Part shown: positions 1-13,201 of the stretch, piece by piece
How positions within the stretch are numbered: the first letter of the stretch is position 1
How the letters are laid out: each line of letters starts with the position of its first letter
Assembly: GCF_004010195.1 (NCBI RefSeq)
Contig: NC_057719.1
Location: forward strand, 72,367,961-72,431,960
Reading direction: 5' to 3'
Source: Chiloscyllium plagiosum
Taxonomy: Eukaryota
DNA length: 64,000 nt
Made by a program: the position numbers and the translations under genes
The notes under the pieces: generated by a model
What the model was told of the DNA's origin: nothing
Seen by the model: the letters and a program-made list of their open reading frames with translations, nothing else
Databases searched by the model: none

Positions 1-783
1 GTTGGACATTGTCCTTGCCTCCTTTTGGGCATTCCCTCTTTCCAATAGCGTGTCTTCCCTAATTTGTACTTCCACCCCACCTACCTTTTCACCTTCTCTA
101 CCTTTTATAAACATATTGTATCCTTAAATATTAAGTGACCAGTTTTGCTACTTATTTTAAGCCACATTTCTGTCTTTGCCACCACATTATATTCCCACAA
201 TTGTAGTTGTAGCTCACCATCCTTAATCACCATACATGTTTAGGTGCATGTAATCCTGTCTTTTCCTCAAAGTCCTTTTAAGTCTTCTGCTACTTTGTAT
301 GGACCTCCTTTCCTTGCTAATAATGTCCAACGCTCTCACTTTATACACCTTATTCCCCTTTTCCACTTTTATATGCTTATGCCCATCCTCCTGCCAATTT
401 AGTTTAATCCCTACCAATTAGACTACTGAGCATCTCCCAAGGACTTTCATCTCTGTCTATTGAGATACAATGCATCCCATTTGAATAAGTGCCAACTTCT
501 CAGAACTAGTTTCAATGGCTAAAAGTCTGAAGCCTTCCTTCTACACCGTGGTTCAAGCTGCACGTTGTTTCTCCCTATATTCCCCTTTCTACTATGGCTA
601 TAATGTGGCATTTGGGGAAATCCAGAGATTACTATCTTCAAATTCTTCACTTAGTCCTGAAATTTCACATGAGGGCTTCAATGCCTCTCTATGTTGTTGG
701 TACCTCAGTGAAGTCGCACCTTCTGGCTCATTCTCTTCCCCTTGCAGAATATTCTGCACCTTCTTTATGACATACTTTATCCT
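1..783 (-). mobile_element. Degenerate CR1 LINE, esterase ORF1 / ORF2-start region
   Basis: Minus-strand RIKYVIKKVQNILQGEENEPE... and KIVISG resemble the esterase of the element at 9022-9955 (ARIKGVSERVQNVLTRE...IVISGL). Confidence 0.6.
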
Positions 784-805
784 GACACAAAGAAACAAAA
801 CACCA

Positions 806-952
806 CAATAACATAAAACAAAAAAACCCACCAGATGCTGGAGATCTGAAGCAAAAAACAGCAATTGCTGGCAAAACTCATCAGGTCTATCAGTATTGTT
901 GGGAGAAAGCAAAATTAACATTTCAAGTCCAGTGACTCTTCCTCAGAACTGG
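806..952 (-). mobile_element. Penelope-like element 3'/pLTR fragment
   Basis: agatgctggagatctgaagc...gctggcaaaactcatcaggtc...cttcctcagaact is the reverse complement of the motif at 49190-49285. Confidence 0.6.
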
Positions 953-1928
953 AACACCTCACACTGTATTCACAGTGCTCATTACAGAAATCACTGTTTA
1001 GCCCCTGACTGTGGCATCTCAATATGTACTGCCTTTCAATTGATTAGCTAATCAATTAATTGATCTCTGCCAGGAAAATTTTAAAAAATTTGTCATTGGC
1101 CTTAACACCTCTGATTAGAGAGGGGGCATATCTTTCTGGTTGCTGCTGTTGTCCAGTTACCCCATTGGAAAATGCATATGTGTAAATGTTGAGTGAAAGC
1201 ATGCTTAGACAAACAACTTGTTGGCATTTCCTGTTCATAATCATATCCATAGAATAACTATTTGACCAAAATGTCTGGTGACTAGCAACAGCTAAGGCAG
1301 GGAAATACACTGAGAGGATACAAGCATTCTAAATAATAGAATTCAATATTTCACAGTCTGTTTTTAAGTTCATACCTTAATGTTTAAATCAATCCTGTAG
1401 AGTTTCATGTTTAGCCAAATATCTTTGGACATAAAATGTGGCTGGTGATCGTCTTGCATTTTCACCTACTTAAGCCTAAGAGATGCAGATGTGAAATTCT
1501 ATAGCAGCTGTGTAATTTGACCATCCATGTCCAGTTCTATTATTAAACCTGCTTACTATTCTAAGATTATCCAGGAAGGCAAAGTTAATACCTATTTTTT
1601 TTTCTCTCCACCATAAACCATTCTCCTAAATCACCCTGCATTTTTTTCACTACCTTCATCTACAACAATAAATATGACAAATCCAGTTTTTCTTTAATTA
1701 CATACATGGAGACTGTCCATTTAGCTATCCCTGTTGCTTCCATCCCCCCCCCCCAATCCAGTGGGCTATATTTCCTTAGAGTGCCCACTGCCATAATTCA
1801 AACCTCCTCTAGTTTCTGTCCTATCTTGCCATATGCCCTCTTTAAGCGCGTCTAATCGAAGAAATTCAGTGTTCTCTTGACTCTATTACTACCAAACTGC
1901 TGATCACCCAAATCCAATATTTGTTGTT

Positions 1929-3900
1929 ATAAAGTCATAGAGATGTACTGCGTGGAAACAGACCCTTCGGTCCAACCCGTCCATGCCGATCTGATATCAC
2001 AACATAATCTAGTCCCACCTGCCAGCACCCGGCCCATATCCCTCCGTGGGCGGCACTGTGGCATAGTGGTTAGCCCTGCTGCCTCACAGCGCCAGAGACC
2101 TGGGTTCAATTCCCGCCTCAGGCGAGTGACTGTGTGGAGTTTGCACGTTCTCCCCGTGTCTGTGTGGGTTTCCTCCCACAGCCCAAAGATGTGCAGGTCA
2201 GGTGAATTGGCCATGCTAAATTGCCCGTAGTGTTAGGTAAGGGGTAAAATGTAGGGGTATGGGTGGGTTGCGCTTCGGCGGGGCGGTGTGGACTTGTTGG
2301 GCCGAAGGGCCTGTTTCCACTGTAAGTAATCTAATCTAATCTAAACCCTTCGTATTCATATACCCATCCAGATGCCTTTTAAATGTTGCAATTGTACCAG
2401 TCTCCACCACATTCTGTGGCAGCTCATACCACACACGCACCATTCTCTGCAGGAAAATATTGCCCCTTAGGTCTCATTTCTTTCCTCTCTCACCCTAAAC
2501 CTATGCTCTCTAGTTCTGGACTCCCCCACCCCAGAGAAAATACCTTGTCTATGTATCCTATCCATGCCCCTCCTGATTCTATAAACCTCAAGAAGGTCAA
2601 CCCTCAGCATCTGATGCTCCGGGGAAAACCGCCCCAGCCTGTTCAGCTGCTCCCTGTAGCTCAAATCCTTCCACCCAGGCAACATCCTTGTAAATCTTTT
2701 CTGAACCCTTTCAAGTTGCTCAACATCTTTCCATTAGGAAGGAGGCCAGAATTGCAGCAACGTTCCAACAGTGGCCTAACCAATGTCCTATACAGCTGCA
2801 ACATGACCTCCCAATGCCTGTACTCAATACTCTGACCAATAAAGGAAAGCATACCAAATGCCTTCCTCACTATCCTATCTACCTGCGACTCCACTTTCAA
2901 GGAGCTATGAACCTGCACTCCAAGGTTTCTTTGTTCAGTGACACTCCGGAGCACCTTACCATTAAGTATATAAGTACTGCTAAGATTTGCTTTGCCAAAA
3001 TACAGCACCTCGCATTTATCTAAATTAAACTCCATCCACCAATTAGCCCATTGGCCCATCTGATCAAGATCCTATTGTAAACTGAGGTAGCCTTATTCGC
3101 TATCCACTCCACCTCCAATTTTGGTGTCTTCAGCAAACTTACTAACTATATCTCTTATGCTCACATCCAAATTATTTATATAAATAATGAAAAGTAGAGG
3201 ACCCAGCACTGATCCTTGTGGCACTCCACTCATCACAGGCCTCCAGTCTGAAAAACAACCCTCCACCACCACCTTCTGTCTTCAACCTTTCAGCCAGTTC
3301 TGTATCCAAATGGCTAGTTCACCCTGTATTCCACTAGATCTAACCTTGCTCACCAGTCTCCCATGGTGAACCTTGTTGAATGCCTTACTGAAGTCCATAT
3401 AGATCACATCTACCGCTCTGCCCTCCTCAATCCACTTTCTTTCTTCTTCAAAAAACTCAATCAAGTTTCTGAGACATGATTTCCCACGCACAAAGCCATG
3501 TTGACTATCCCTAATCAGTCCTTGCCTTTCCAAATACCTGTACATCCTGTTCCTCAGGAATACTTGCAACAATTTGCCCACCACAGACGTCGGGCTCACT
3601 GGTCTGTAGTTCCCTGGCTTGTCCTTACCACCTTTCTTAAACAGTGGCACCACGTTATCCAATCTCCAGTCTTCCGGCACCTCACCAGTGACTATCGATG
3701 ATACAAATATCTCAGCAAGAGGCCCAGCAATCATTTCCAAAGCTTCCCACAGACTTCTCGGGTACACCTGATCAGGTCCTGGAGATTTATCCACTTTTAT
3801 GCATTTCAAAACATCCAACACTTCCTCCTCTGTAATGTGGACATTTTTCAAGATGTCACCATCTATTTCCCTACATTCTATATCTTCCATGTCCTTTTCA
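1929..3900 (-). mobile_element. 5'-truncated CR1 (HER1-type) LINE, RT and 3' tail, interrupted by an HE1 SINE
   Basis: ORFs 3282-3890 (KSPGPD, NYRPVS, QHGF, YMDFSKAF) and 2661-3059 are CR1 RT; the (CTATGACT)-type tail is at ~1929-1945; frameshifted. Confidence 0.93.
2048..2343 (+). mobile_element. HE1-type tRNA-derived SINE, full length
   Basis: gggcggcac head with A box (tggcatagtgg) and B box (gggttcaattccc), CR1-like 3' end (gggccgaagggcctgtttcc) and (AATCT)n tail. Confidence 0.92.
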
Positions 3901-3904
3901 ACAA

Positions 3905-4263
3905 TTTATAAAATCATGAGGGGCATGGATAGGGTAAATAGATAAAGTCTTTTCCCTGGATTAGGGGAGTCCAGAACTAGAGGGCATCGGTTTAGGGAGA
4001 GGGGAAAGATCTAAGAAGAATCTAACAGGCAACCTTTTCACGACGAATGTGGTACGACTATGAATGAGCTGTCCGAGGAAGTGGTGGAGGCTGATACAAT
4101 TACAGCATTTAAAAAGCATCTGGATGGGTATATGAATAGGAATGGTTTAGAGGGATATGGGCCAAGTGCTGGCAAATGGGAGTAGATTAGGTTACGATAT
4201 CTGGTCGGCATGGACGAGTTGGACCGAAGGGTCTGATTCCATGCTGTACATCTCTTTGACTCT
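3905..4263 (+). mobile_element. CR1 (HER1-type) 3' end fragment
   Basis: tataaaatcatgaggggcatggatagg...ggaccgaagggtctg...ctctttgactct; same 3' end as the other copies. Confidence 0.9.
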
Positions 4264-5759
4264 TCACTGAACCAAAAATGAAATTTACAGGCTTGCCGCA
4301 CTCCAAACAACCTTGTTGAAGAACAAGATATAATATTGACCTTGGGTCTAAAAGAAATCTAAATTCATGTGACTTTTTTTTTTAGAAATTATCCTGTCTT
4401 ATGTGTGTTTGTTTATGAGACTAAGGAGTGGATGCTATGATTAATTTCTAAGAGTTATGCAAGTAAATGCTTAACTTTTCATTAAAATTGCAAAAAAACC
4501 TGTTTTGAAATCTTACTGTGATTAATCAAGCTGCAGGAAAATTAAGAAATTAACCTGCATCCCTCCACTATCCATTAGGAAAAATTACTCTTAAGAAACT
4601 ATTTGAATTTCCAGTGACTAACGGAGAAGTGACACAGAATTCAAGTTTTAATATTTTTACAATAACTAATTAAAACAGCATGACTGAATACTATTTTGTG
4701 TGCAACTTAGACTTGAAATTACAGAAAATAAATTTCTTTTTAATTTTCAACATAACCAAAATTCTACACCCATGTGTGCATTGCAACCAAGCCTCCAGAG
4801 CTTGATGCAGAGCAAATTACTTGATCCCCCTTCACCCCACCCTTCACCATGGAAGAAAAGCATTGCACACTTCCAAATTTCATATTTGTAACCAGTTCTC
4901 TGTGCTTCAAGACTGCTGACGTCACCCTCTTCTCAAACATCAAACTTTGATTTCTTCTGCTAACCGTGTAAATGTAATGACTGAGTTCTAGGATCTTTAG
5001 ATTAATGAAGACTGAACATTATACTTGAACAAACTGATGAACTATTAACTATTCACAATAAATACAGAGGTGCAACTCAGCAAGACTTCTGAGTGAATGC
5101 TCAGCTATCTTTTCCTTGCAAGGCAAAGACTTAGACATACTGGGATGCCAGCTTCTCACAACAGCTGGTGTCTGGACTGTGGCATTGATAATGACAACAG
5201 CAAAGCAGTGAAAACTGATCAAAGGAGACCTGAGTCAAAAAAGAAATATTTCAGGATCTAATCCATCAAAATTTCATAAAGTGGAAGTGGTAAGTTGAAT
5301 TGTTCTTTCATCATCTTGGCAGCAGTGAAGTTCTTGGGAGCTGAGAGTGTTCTCCTCTTGTCCTTTATGGTCTGAGGAAAAGTTAAAGCTGTGGTTTGAA
5401 AAGAAAATGAAACAGTGTCAGCTCCCATCATAACTACTGACAAAATTCGCTGGCGTAAAAGGAAATGGAAAATATTCTGATGATTTTCCTGCTATTCCTT
5501 AGGGTAAGACACTCTCATCCTATCGCTCGACTACTTCCTAGTCTCTTCAGTTGAGACAACTCCTCTGCCAAGAATGACATCTCAGGAGCTGCAGTGGAGA
5601 GTAGCATTTCACGTAGAATAGAATAAACTTGAGAAGATTTGAGAAAATTAGATCTCTGAGACATCTTTATCAGAACTGGGATCTATATAACAATGATTTG
5701 CTGACTTGCTTGAAGACTCAAGGTTAAACACCATCATTAAGTTTTCTAATACCAAAGAG

Positions 5760-7745
5760 TTTATTGCCCATTCCTAATTACCTTTAAGAAGTTGGTAGTG
5801 AGCTGCCTGTTTGAGCCACTGAGTCAATTTAGTGTTGGTGCACCCACAACACCAATAGGGTGGAAGTTCCAGGATTTTCAACCCTCAACACATGTGGTGC
5901 CACTCAAGTGGTCTGCTTGGTCCTGGATGGTGTCCAGCTTCTTGAGTGTTGTTGGAGCTGAAATCATTCTATCAAAAGCCTGACTTGTGCCTTATAGATG
6001 GTGGATAGGCTTTGGAGAGTAAGGATTTGAGCTACTCAATGCAGATTACTAACCTGTGATCTGCTTTTATCGCCACACGACTTATAAGTCTAGTCCAGTT
6101 ATATTTATGATCAGTTAACCTCCAGGATGTTGATAGTGGGAAATTCAGTGATACTAATGCTATTGATTGTCAAGGAACAATGGTTAGATTCTCTCTTGGT
6201 GCAGATAGTCATTGCCAGGCACTTGCAAGACACAAATTTGACTTGCCACTTGTCAGCCCAAGCCTGGATGCTGTCCAGGTCTTGCTGCATTTGGACATGG
6301 AATACTTCAGTACCTGAGAAGCCAGGAATGATGCTAAATATTATGCAATAGTCAGTAAATATCCCCACTTCCGACCGTATGATGGAGGGACGGTCACTGA
6401 TGAAGCAGCTGAAGGTGGTTCAGTCTAAGACATTCCCTTCAGAACTCCAGCAGTGTTGAAACAAAAACAAAATTGCTGGAGAAACTCAACACGTCTGGCA
6501 GCACCTATTGGGAGGAAAGTAGAATTAACACTTCAAGTCTGTTGACCCTTCTTCAGAATTGATAGCAGCTGGGGAAAAGTGGTATCTGTGCTGAACATGG
6601 GGTTTGGGAGTAGGCGGGGTGGCAGCATTATAAAGCTGTGTAGATAGCTGGAGATATACAAAGGGTAAGCAAGAGGATTACTGATAGTAAACCAGAACAG
6701 AAGAAAAACTGTATAAGTGATAATGAGGGCTAATAATAAGAGAGAATGAGTAGGTCGTTCTGAAAGCAATCCATGTCATGACAGAACAAAGAGCATGGTC
6801 AGGCTTTAAAGTTATTGAACTCAATGTTGAGTCCTATCGACTGCAGGGTTCCCAAGCAAAAGATGAGATATTATTTATCAAGCTTCAGTGAGGCTCACTG
6901 TAGCAAGCTTGAGACAGAAATATTGGTGTGAGAACATGATGGTGTGTCAAAATGGCAGGCACTTGGAAGCTTGGGGGCATTTTTATGGACAGAACATAGA
7001 TGTTCTGCAAGGCAGTCATCTAATCTGTGTTTCGTCTCCCAATATAGAGGAGATCACATTGTGAGTAGCCAGTGCAGCAGTGATATATCTGGAGCTGAGA
7101 TGACTAACTTCTAATTGTCATAACCATTTTCCTTTGTGCCAGGTAAGATTCCATCCAGAAGAGGTTTTCCCCAATCCCCATTGACTCCAGTTTTATTAAG
7201 GCTCCTTGAGGCAACATTTGGTCAAGTGCACCCTTGTCAAAGGCAGTCACTTCCACCTAATCTCTGAAATGAACTGGTTTGTCCATGTTTGAACTAAAGC
7301 TGTAGTAAGGTACAGAGCTGAGTGGCCCTGTGTGTCAGTGACCAGGTAGCGCTGCTTGTTAGCACTGTTGATGACATCTTCCATCACATTAATGCTGATT
7401 ATGAGTAAACTAATGGAGCAATAATTGGCTGGGTTGGATTTGTCCTGCTTTTAGTAAACAGTGCATACCCGGGCAATTTTGTACATTGCTGGTTAGATGT
7501 TTGGCTGCCATTGTACCGCTGTGCTAGAACAGTTTGCCTTGGGGTGTAGTATTTCTGGAACCCAAGTCTTCAGTACTTCCATGTCACCTGCACTCTTCAT
7601 TAAACCAGAGTTGATCCCCTGGCTTGATGTCTGCCAGAGTGTTGGATATGTCAGGCCATGAGGTTAAAGATTATGTTGCAGTACAAGTTTTCTGCTACTG
7701 ATGTCCCACAACACCTCATGGCTGCCCAGTCTTGAATTGCTAGAT
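5760..7745 (-). mobile_element. Old L2/CR1-group LINE, interrupted by a Penelope-like fragment
   Basis: Minus-strand QQDLDSIQAWADKWQVKF (ORF 6111-6368) is an RT thumb-region motif; similar to 16410-18100 and 45590-47005. Confidence 0.7.
6455..7075 (-). mobile_element. Penelope-like element fragment (GIY-YIG C-terminus and pLTR)
   Basis: taaagttattgaactcaatgttgagtcc...ctgcagggttccc is the reverse complement of the LGTLQPxGLNIEFNNF-coding segment at 48860-48931. Confidence 0.7.
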
Positions 7746-8611
7746 CTGTGAGAAGTGATGGTGACTTTAAAACTGTTGTTGATTGGTGTAAAAATTCATT
7801 TGGTTCATTACTATCCTTTAGGAAAATAAAACTGCTGTCCTTACCTTGTCTGGCCTACTTGTAACTCCAGACCCACAATGATGTGTTTAACTCTTAACTA
7901 CTGCCACTTAACTCAAGGGCACAGAGGATGGACAACACATAATAAGCAGTGACATCTACATCCAAGGAAAGCATAAAGATCCCTGTGATCTCCACCAGGC
8001 TTACAATTTCACAAAATCTCAGCATTTCACCAGTTCTGGCATCTTAAGCATCTCCAATTTTAATTATCTAAAATTGGTCACTGTGACTTCATTCCTAAAT
8101 TTTGGAATTCCCTTTGTAAATCTCTCCAATGTTTTACCTCTCTTTTCTGTTTTAAAATGCACCTTAAAACCTGCCTCCTTGACCAAGTTTTTGTTCATGC
8201 ACACTAATTTCATCTCATGTGGTTTGAGATCAAATTTTATTCAATAAAACTTCTAAAATGGCTTCAAATATTTTATTACTTAAAAGGTGCAATATAAATG
8301 CAAATCTGTGAATCCTTTCAAATCCAAATTCAAAATTTACACTGTAGCAATGTAACATAGAGGTAAACCTCTATCTCAGGATTCTGGGTAATCCAAGGTA
8401 GAGGACAGGAAAAATTTCTGGCTGTAACAGCTGCTCCTTTTTTGAGGTATTTTAGGTGCTGGAGGTGATTTCCTCGAATTCCAGGAGCAGCAATTACTGT
8501 TTTACATGCTGTTGCATTGTTTTGGAACTTTGGGGGAAAAAAAATCAAAACAACAACTGTTTTAAAAGGGAGAAGACCAGACAAATGAAGCACATAGTAA
8601 GGTCAGTGCAG

Positions 8612-8666
8612 GAGGGAGGGAGGGAGGGAGGGGGAGAGAGAGAGAGAGAGAGAGAGAAAGAAAGAA
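8612..8666. repeat. (GGGA)n/(GA)n microsatellite
   Basis: Direct reading. Confidence 0.9.
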
Positions 8667-10553
8667 ACTGACCAGAGTGTACCTGCACAGTACTGCCTTT
8701 GCTGTTGAATTCATGTATCGCTGGACATCGGAGTGTGTCTGGGAAAGTTAACAAACAGTGAAATTCACAACTGATCTTGGAGGAACTGTTTGGGCAAAGT
8801 TGACAGCACAGAATCAGATAAGTTAATTGTTTTAAGTGGCCTGCAGAAAGTCTGCAGTAGTGAGTAGAGTGGGTTCTTTCTTGATTATATGTTTTTTGAG
8901 ATCTATCTCTTGATTCAACTTAAAATATAAGCCCGTAACTATTAATCTAACCTGGGGCAGTGTTTTGTAGAGGAATAAGACAGTGTTATTTTCTGGGTCT
9001 GCAGATTGTGAAGGACCAAAAATGGCTTTTAGTAGAGTGATATGTGCTTCTTGTCAGATGTTGGACTTAAAAGAGAGTTTAAGGGTTACTGCAGATTTCT
9101 CTGCAATAAATCCTGTTGGTTGCAAATCTTATAAGATCGAATGGATTGGTTGGAGAGACAGTTAGAAGCAATGAGGAAATTGCAACAGCAGCAGTATGTG
9201 ATGGATGGCAGTTATAGGAAGGGGGGAAAGTCTCAGATACAATCACAGAGATGGGTTAACTCCAGGAAGCATAAGAGAGGTAGGCACCTACTGCAGGAGT
9301 CTTCTGTGGCTATCCCCATTTCATACAAGTATGCTGTTTTGGAAAATGTAAGGGGTGATGGATTCTCAGGGGGATGTAGCACGAACAGCCAAGTTTCTGT
9401 TATTGAGACTGGCTCTAATGCAACAAGGGGTACGTCAGGTTCCAAGAGATCAATTGTGTTAGGGATTCTCTAGTCCGAGGTACAGACAGACATTTCTGTG
9501 GCCAGCAGAGAAAAATCAGAATGGTGTGTTGCTTCCCTGGTGCCAGGATCAAGGGTGTCTCAGAGAGGGTGCAGAATGTTCTGACGAGGGAGAGGGGCCA
9601 GCAAGAGGTCATTGTTCACATTGGAGCCAACAATATAGGAAGGGAAAAGGTTGAGATTCTGAAGGGAGATTACAGAGAGTTATGCAGAAATTTAAAAAGG
9701 AGCTCCTCGAGCATAGTAATATCTGGATTACTCCCGGTGCTACAAGCTAGTGAGGGCAGGAATGGGAGGAGAGAGCAGATGAATGCTTGGCTGAGGAACT
9801 GGTGTTTGGGAGAAGAATTCACATTTTTGAATCATTGGAATCTCTTTTGGGGTAGAAGTGACCTGTACAAGAAGGACGGGTTGCATCTAAATTGGAAGGG
9901 GACTAATATACTGGCAGGGAGATTTGCTAGCGCTGCTTGGGAGGATTTAAACTAGTAAGGGGATGGATGGGTTGGGGGGGGAGAACCCAGGGAGATAGTG
10001 AGGAAGGAGATCAATCTGAGACTGGTACAGTTGAGAATAGAAGAGAGTCAAACAGTCAGGACAGGCAGGGACAAAGTAGGATTAATAAATTAAACTGCAT
10101 TTATTTCCATGCAAGGGGCCTAACAGGGAAGGCAGATGAACTCAGGGCATGGTTAGGAACATGGGACTGGGATATCATGGCAATTACGGAAACATGGCTC
10201 AGGGATGGGCAGGACTGAATGTTCCAGGATATGAATCCTACAGGAAGGATAGAAAGAGAGGCAAGAGAGGAGGGGGAGTGGCGTTTTTGATAAGGGATAG
10301 CATTATAGCTGTGCTGAGGGAGGATATTCCTGGAAATACATGCAGGGAAGTTGTTTGGGTGGAACTGAGAAATAAGAAAAGGCTGATCACCTTATTGGGA
10401 TTATATTATAGTCCTCCTAATAGTCAGAGGAAAATTGAGAAACAAACTTGTAAGGAGATCTCAGCTATCTGCAAGAATAATAGGGTGGTTATGGTAGGGG
10501 ATTTTTACTTTCCAAACATAGACTGGGACTGCCATAGTGTTAAGGGTTTAGAT

Positions 10554-10736
10554 TAGATTAGATTAGATTACTTACAGTGTGGAAACAGGCCCTTCGGCCC
10601 AACCAGTCCACACCGACCCGCCGAAGCGCACCCACCCATACCCATACCCCTACCCCTACCCCTACATTTACCCCTGCATCTAACACTACGGGCAATTTAG
10701 CATGGCCAATTCACCTAACCTGCACATTTTTGGATT
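10554..10736 (-). mobile_element. 5'-truncated HE1 SINE inserted in CR1 ORF2
   Basis: (AGATT)n tail and HE1 3' half; flanking direct repeat GTTTAGAT at 10546-10553 and 10737-10744. Confidence 0.92.
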
Positions 10737-13031
10737 GTTTAGATGGAGAGGAATTTGTTAAGTGTGTGCAAGAAAATTTTCTGATTTAGTATGTGGATGT
10801 ATCTACTAGAGAAGGTGCAAAACTTGACCTACTCTTGGAAATAAGGCAGGGCAGGTGACTAAGGTGTCAGTGGGGGAGCACTTTGGGGCCAGCGACCATA
10901 ATTCCATTAGATTTAAAATAGTGATGGAAAAGGATAGACCAGATCTAAAAGTTGAAGTTCTAAATTGGAGAAAGGCTAATTTTGACGGTATTAGGCAAGA
11001 AATTTCAAAAGCTGATTGGGGACAGATGTTCGCAGGTAAAGGGACGGCTGGAAAGTGGGAAGCCTTCAGGAATGAGATAACGAGAATCCAGAGAAAGTAT
11101 ATTCCTGTTAGAGTGAAAAGAAAGGCAGGTGAAGGGAATGCTGGATGACGAAAGAAATTGACGGTTTGCTTAAGAAAAAGAAGGAAGCATATGTAAGGTA
11201 TAGACAGGAAAGACCGAGTGAATCCTTAGAAGGGTGCAAAGGCAGTAGGAATATTCTTAAGAGGGAAATCGGAGGGCAAAAAGGGGAAAAGAGATAGCTT
11301 TGGCAAATAGAATTCAGGAGAATCCAAAGAGTTTTTATGAATAAATGAAGGACAAAAGGGTAACTAGGGAGAGAATAGGACCTCTCAAAGATCAGCAAGG
11401 CGGCTACAGAAAATGGGGGAGATACTAAATGAGTATTTTGCATCAGTGTTTACTGTGGAAAAGGATATGGAAGATATAGACTGTAGGGAAATAGACCTGT
11501 ATGGACCTTGCAAAATGTCCATATTACAGAGGAGGAAGTATTGGATGTCTGGAAACGCATAAAAGTGGATAAATCCCCAGGACTTGATCAGGTGTACCCT
11601 AGAACTCTGTGGGAAGCTAGAGAAGTGATTGCACGGCCTCTTGCTGAGATATTTGTATCATCGATAGTCACAGGTGAGGTGCCGGAAGACTGGAGGTTGG
11701 CAAATGTGGTGCCACTGTTTAAGAAGGGTGGTAAGGACAAGCCAGGGAACTATAGATGTTGAGCCCTACGTCAGTGGTGGGTAAGTTGTTGGAGGGAATC
11801 CTGAGGTACAGGATATACATGTATTTTAAAAGGCAAGAACTTTTTAGGGATAATCAACATGGCTTTGTGCGTGGGAAATCATGTCTCACAAACTTGATTG
11901 AGTTTTTTGAAGAAGTAACACAGTAGGTTGATGAGGGCAGAGCAATAGATGCGATCAATATGGACTTCAGTAAGGCTTTCAACAAGGTTTCCCATGGGAG
12001 ACTGATTAGCAAGGTTAGATCTAGCCATTTGGATGCAGGGCCGGCTCAAAGGTAGAAGACAGAGGGTGGTGGTGGAGAGTTGTTTTTCAGACTGGAGGCC
12101 TGTGACCAGTAGAGTGCCACAAATGACTTTTTGTCATTTACATAAATGATTTGGATGTGAGCATAAGAGGTACAGTTAGTAAGTTTGCAGATGACACCAA
12201 AATTGGCGGTGTAGTGGACAGCGAAGAAGCTTACCTCAGATTACAACAAGATCTTGGCCAGATGGGCCAATGGGCTGAGAAGTGGCGGATGGAGTTTAAT
12301 TCAGATAAATGTGAGGTGCTGCATTTTGGGAAAACAAATTTGAGCAGGATTTATACACTGAATGGTAAGGTACCAGGGAGTGTTCCTGAATAAAGAGACC
12401 TTGGAGTGCAGGTTCATAGCTCCTTGAAAGTGGAGTCACAGGTAGATAGGATAGTGAAGAAGGCGTTTGGTATGCTTTCCTTTATTAGTCAGAATATTTA
12501 GTACAGAGGTCATGTTGCAACTGTACAGACATTGGTTAGGCCACTGTTGGAATATTGTGTACCATTCTGGTCTCCTTCCTTTGGAAGGATGTTGTGAAAC
12601 TTGAAAGGGTTCAGAAAAGATTTACAAGGAATTTGCCAGGGTTGGAGGATTTGAGCTATAGGGAGAGGCTGAACAGGCTGGGGCTGTTTTCCCTGGAGCG
12701 TCAGAGGTTGAGGGGTGACCTTAGAGGTTTACAAAATCATGAGGGGCATGGAAAGGATAAATAGGCAAAGTCTTTTCCCTGGGGTGGGGGAGTCAAGAGC
12801 TACAGGGCATAGGTTTAGGGTGAGAGGGGAAAGATATAAAAGAGGCCTTAGGGGCAACCTTTTCACACAGAGGGTGGTATGTATATGGAATGAGCTGCCA
12901 GAGGAAGTGGTGGAGGCTGGTATAATTGCAACATTTAAAAGGCATTTGGATGGGTAAATGAATAGGAAGGGTTTGGAGGGATATAGGCTGGTTGCTGGCA
13001 GGTGGGATTAGATTGATTTGGGATATCTGGT

Positions 13032-13034
13032 CTC

Positions 13035-13075
<41 letters not shown>

Positions 13076-13201
13076 CTGTCTGTCTGTCTGTCTCTCTCTG
13101 TCCATCTCTCTCTCTCTCTGTCCATCTCTCTCTCTCTCTGTCCATCTCTCTCTCTGTCCATCTCTCTCTCTCTCTCTCCATCTCTCCGTCTCTCTATCTC
13201 C
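13032..13201. repeat. Compound (CT)n/(CTGT)n/(CTGTCCAT) microsatellite
   Basis: Direct reading; explains the spurious ERER/SLSL ORFs here. Confidence 0.95.

Larger units (their letters stand above)
8360..13031 (+). mobile_element. Near-full-length CR1 (HER1-type) LINE: 5' UTR, ORF1 (CxxC zinc finger + SGNH esterase, ~9022-9955) and ORF2 (APE endonuclease + RT, ~10085-12957); inactivated
   Basis: MAFSRVICASCQM; GDSLVRG, HIGANNI and DGLHLN esterase blocks; CIYFHARGL, AITETW, GDFYFP and SDHN endonuclease motifs; KFADDTK RT motif. Many stops and frameshifts. The 5' boundary is uncertain. Confidence 0.92.

Noticed and set aside
598..921. 107-aa minus-strand ORF with an apparent splice acceptor
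   Set aside because: Chimera of a Penelope fragment and a decayed CR1 esterase ORF1.
2048..2120. tRNA gene (A and B boxes)
   Set aside because: It is the tRNA-derived head of an HE1 SINE, as in the other copies.
5123..5289. Possible + strand exon (ccttgcaag| ... |gtaagt)
   Set aside because: Stops in all three frames and no resemblance to the expected upstream SCFD1 exon (SVPRNKNPFQE-like), which I could not find in the window.
5258..5443. Minus-strand ORF with a plausible acceptor
   Set aside because: No recognisable protein and no partner exons.
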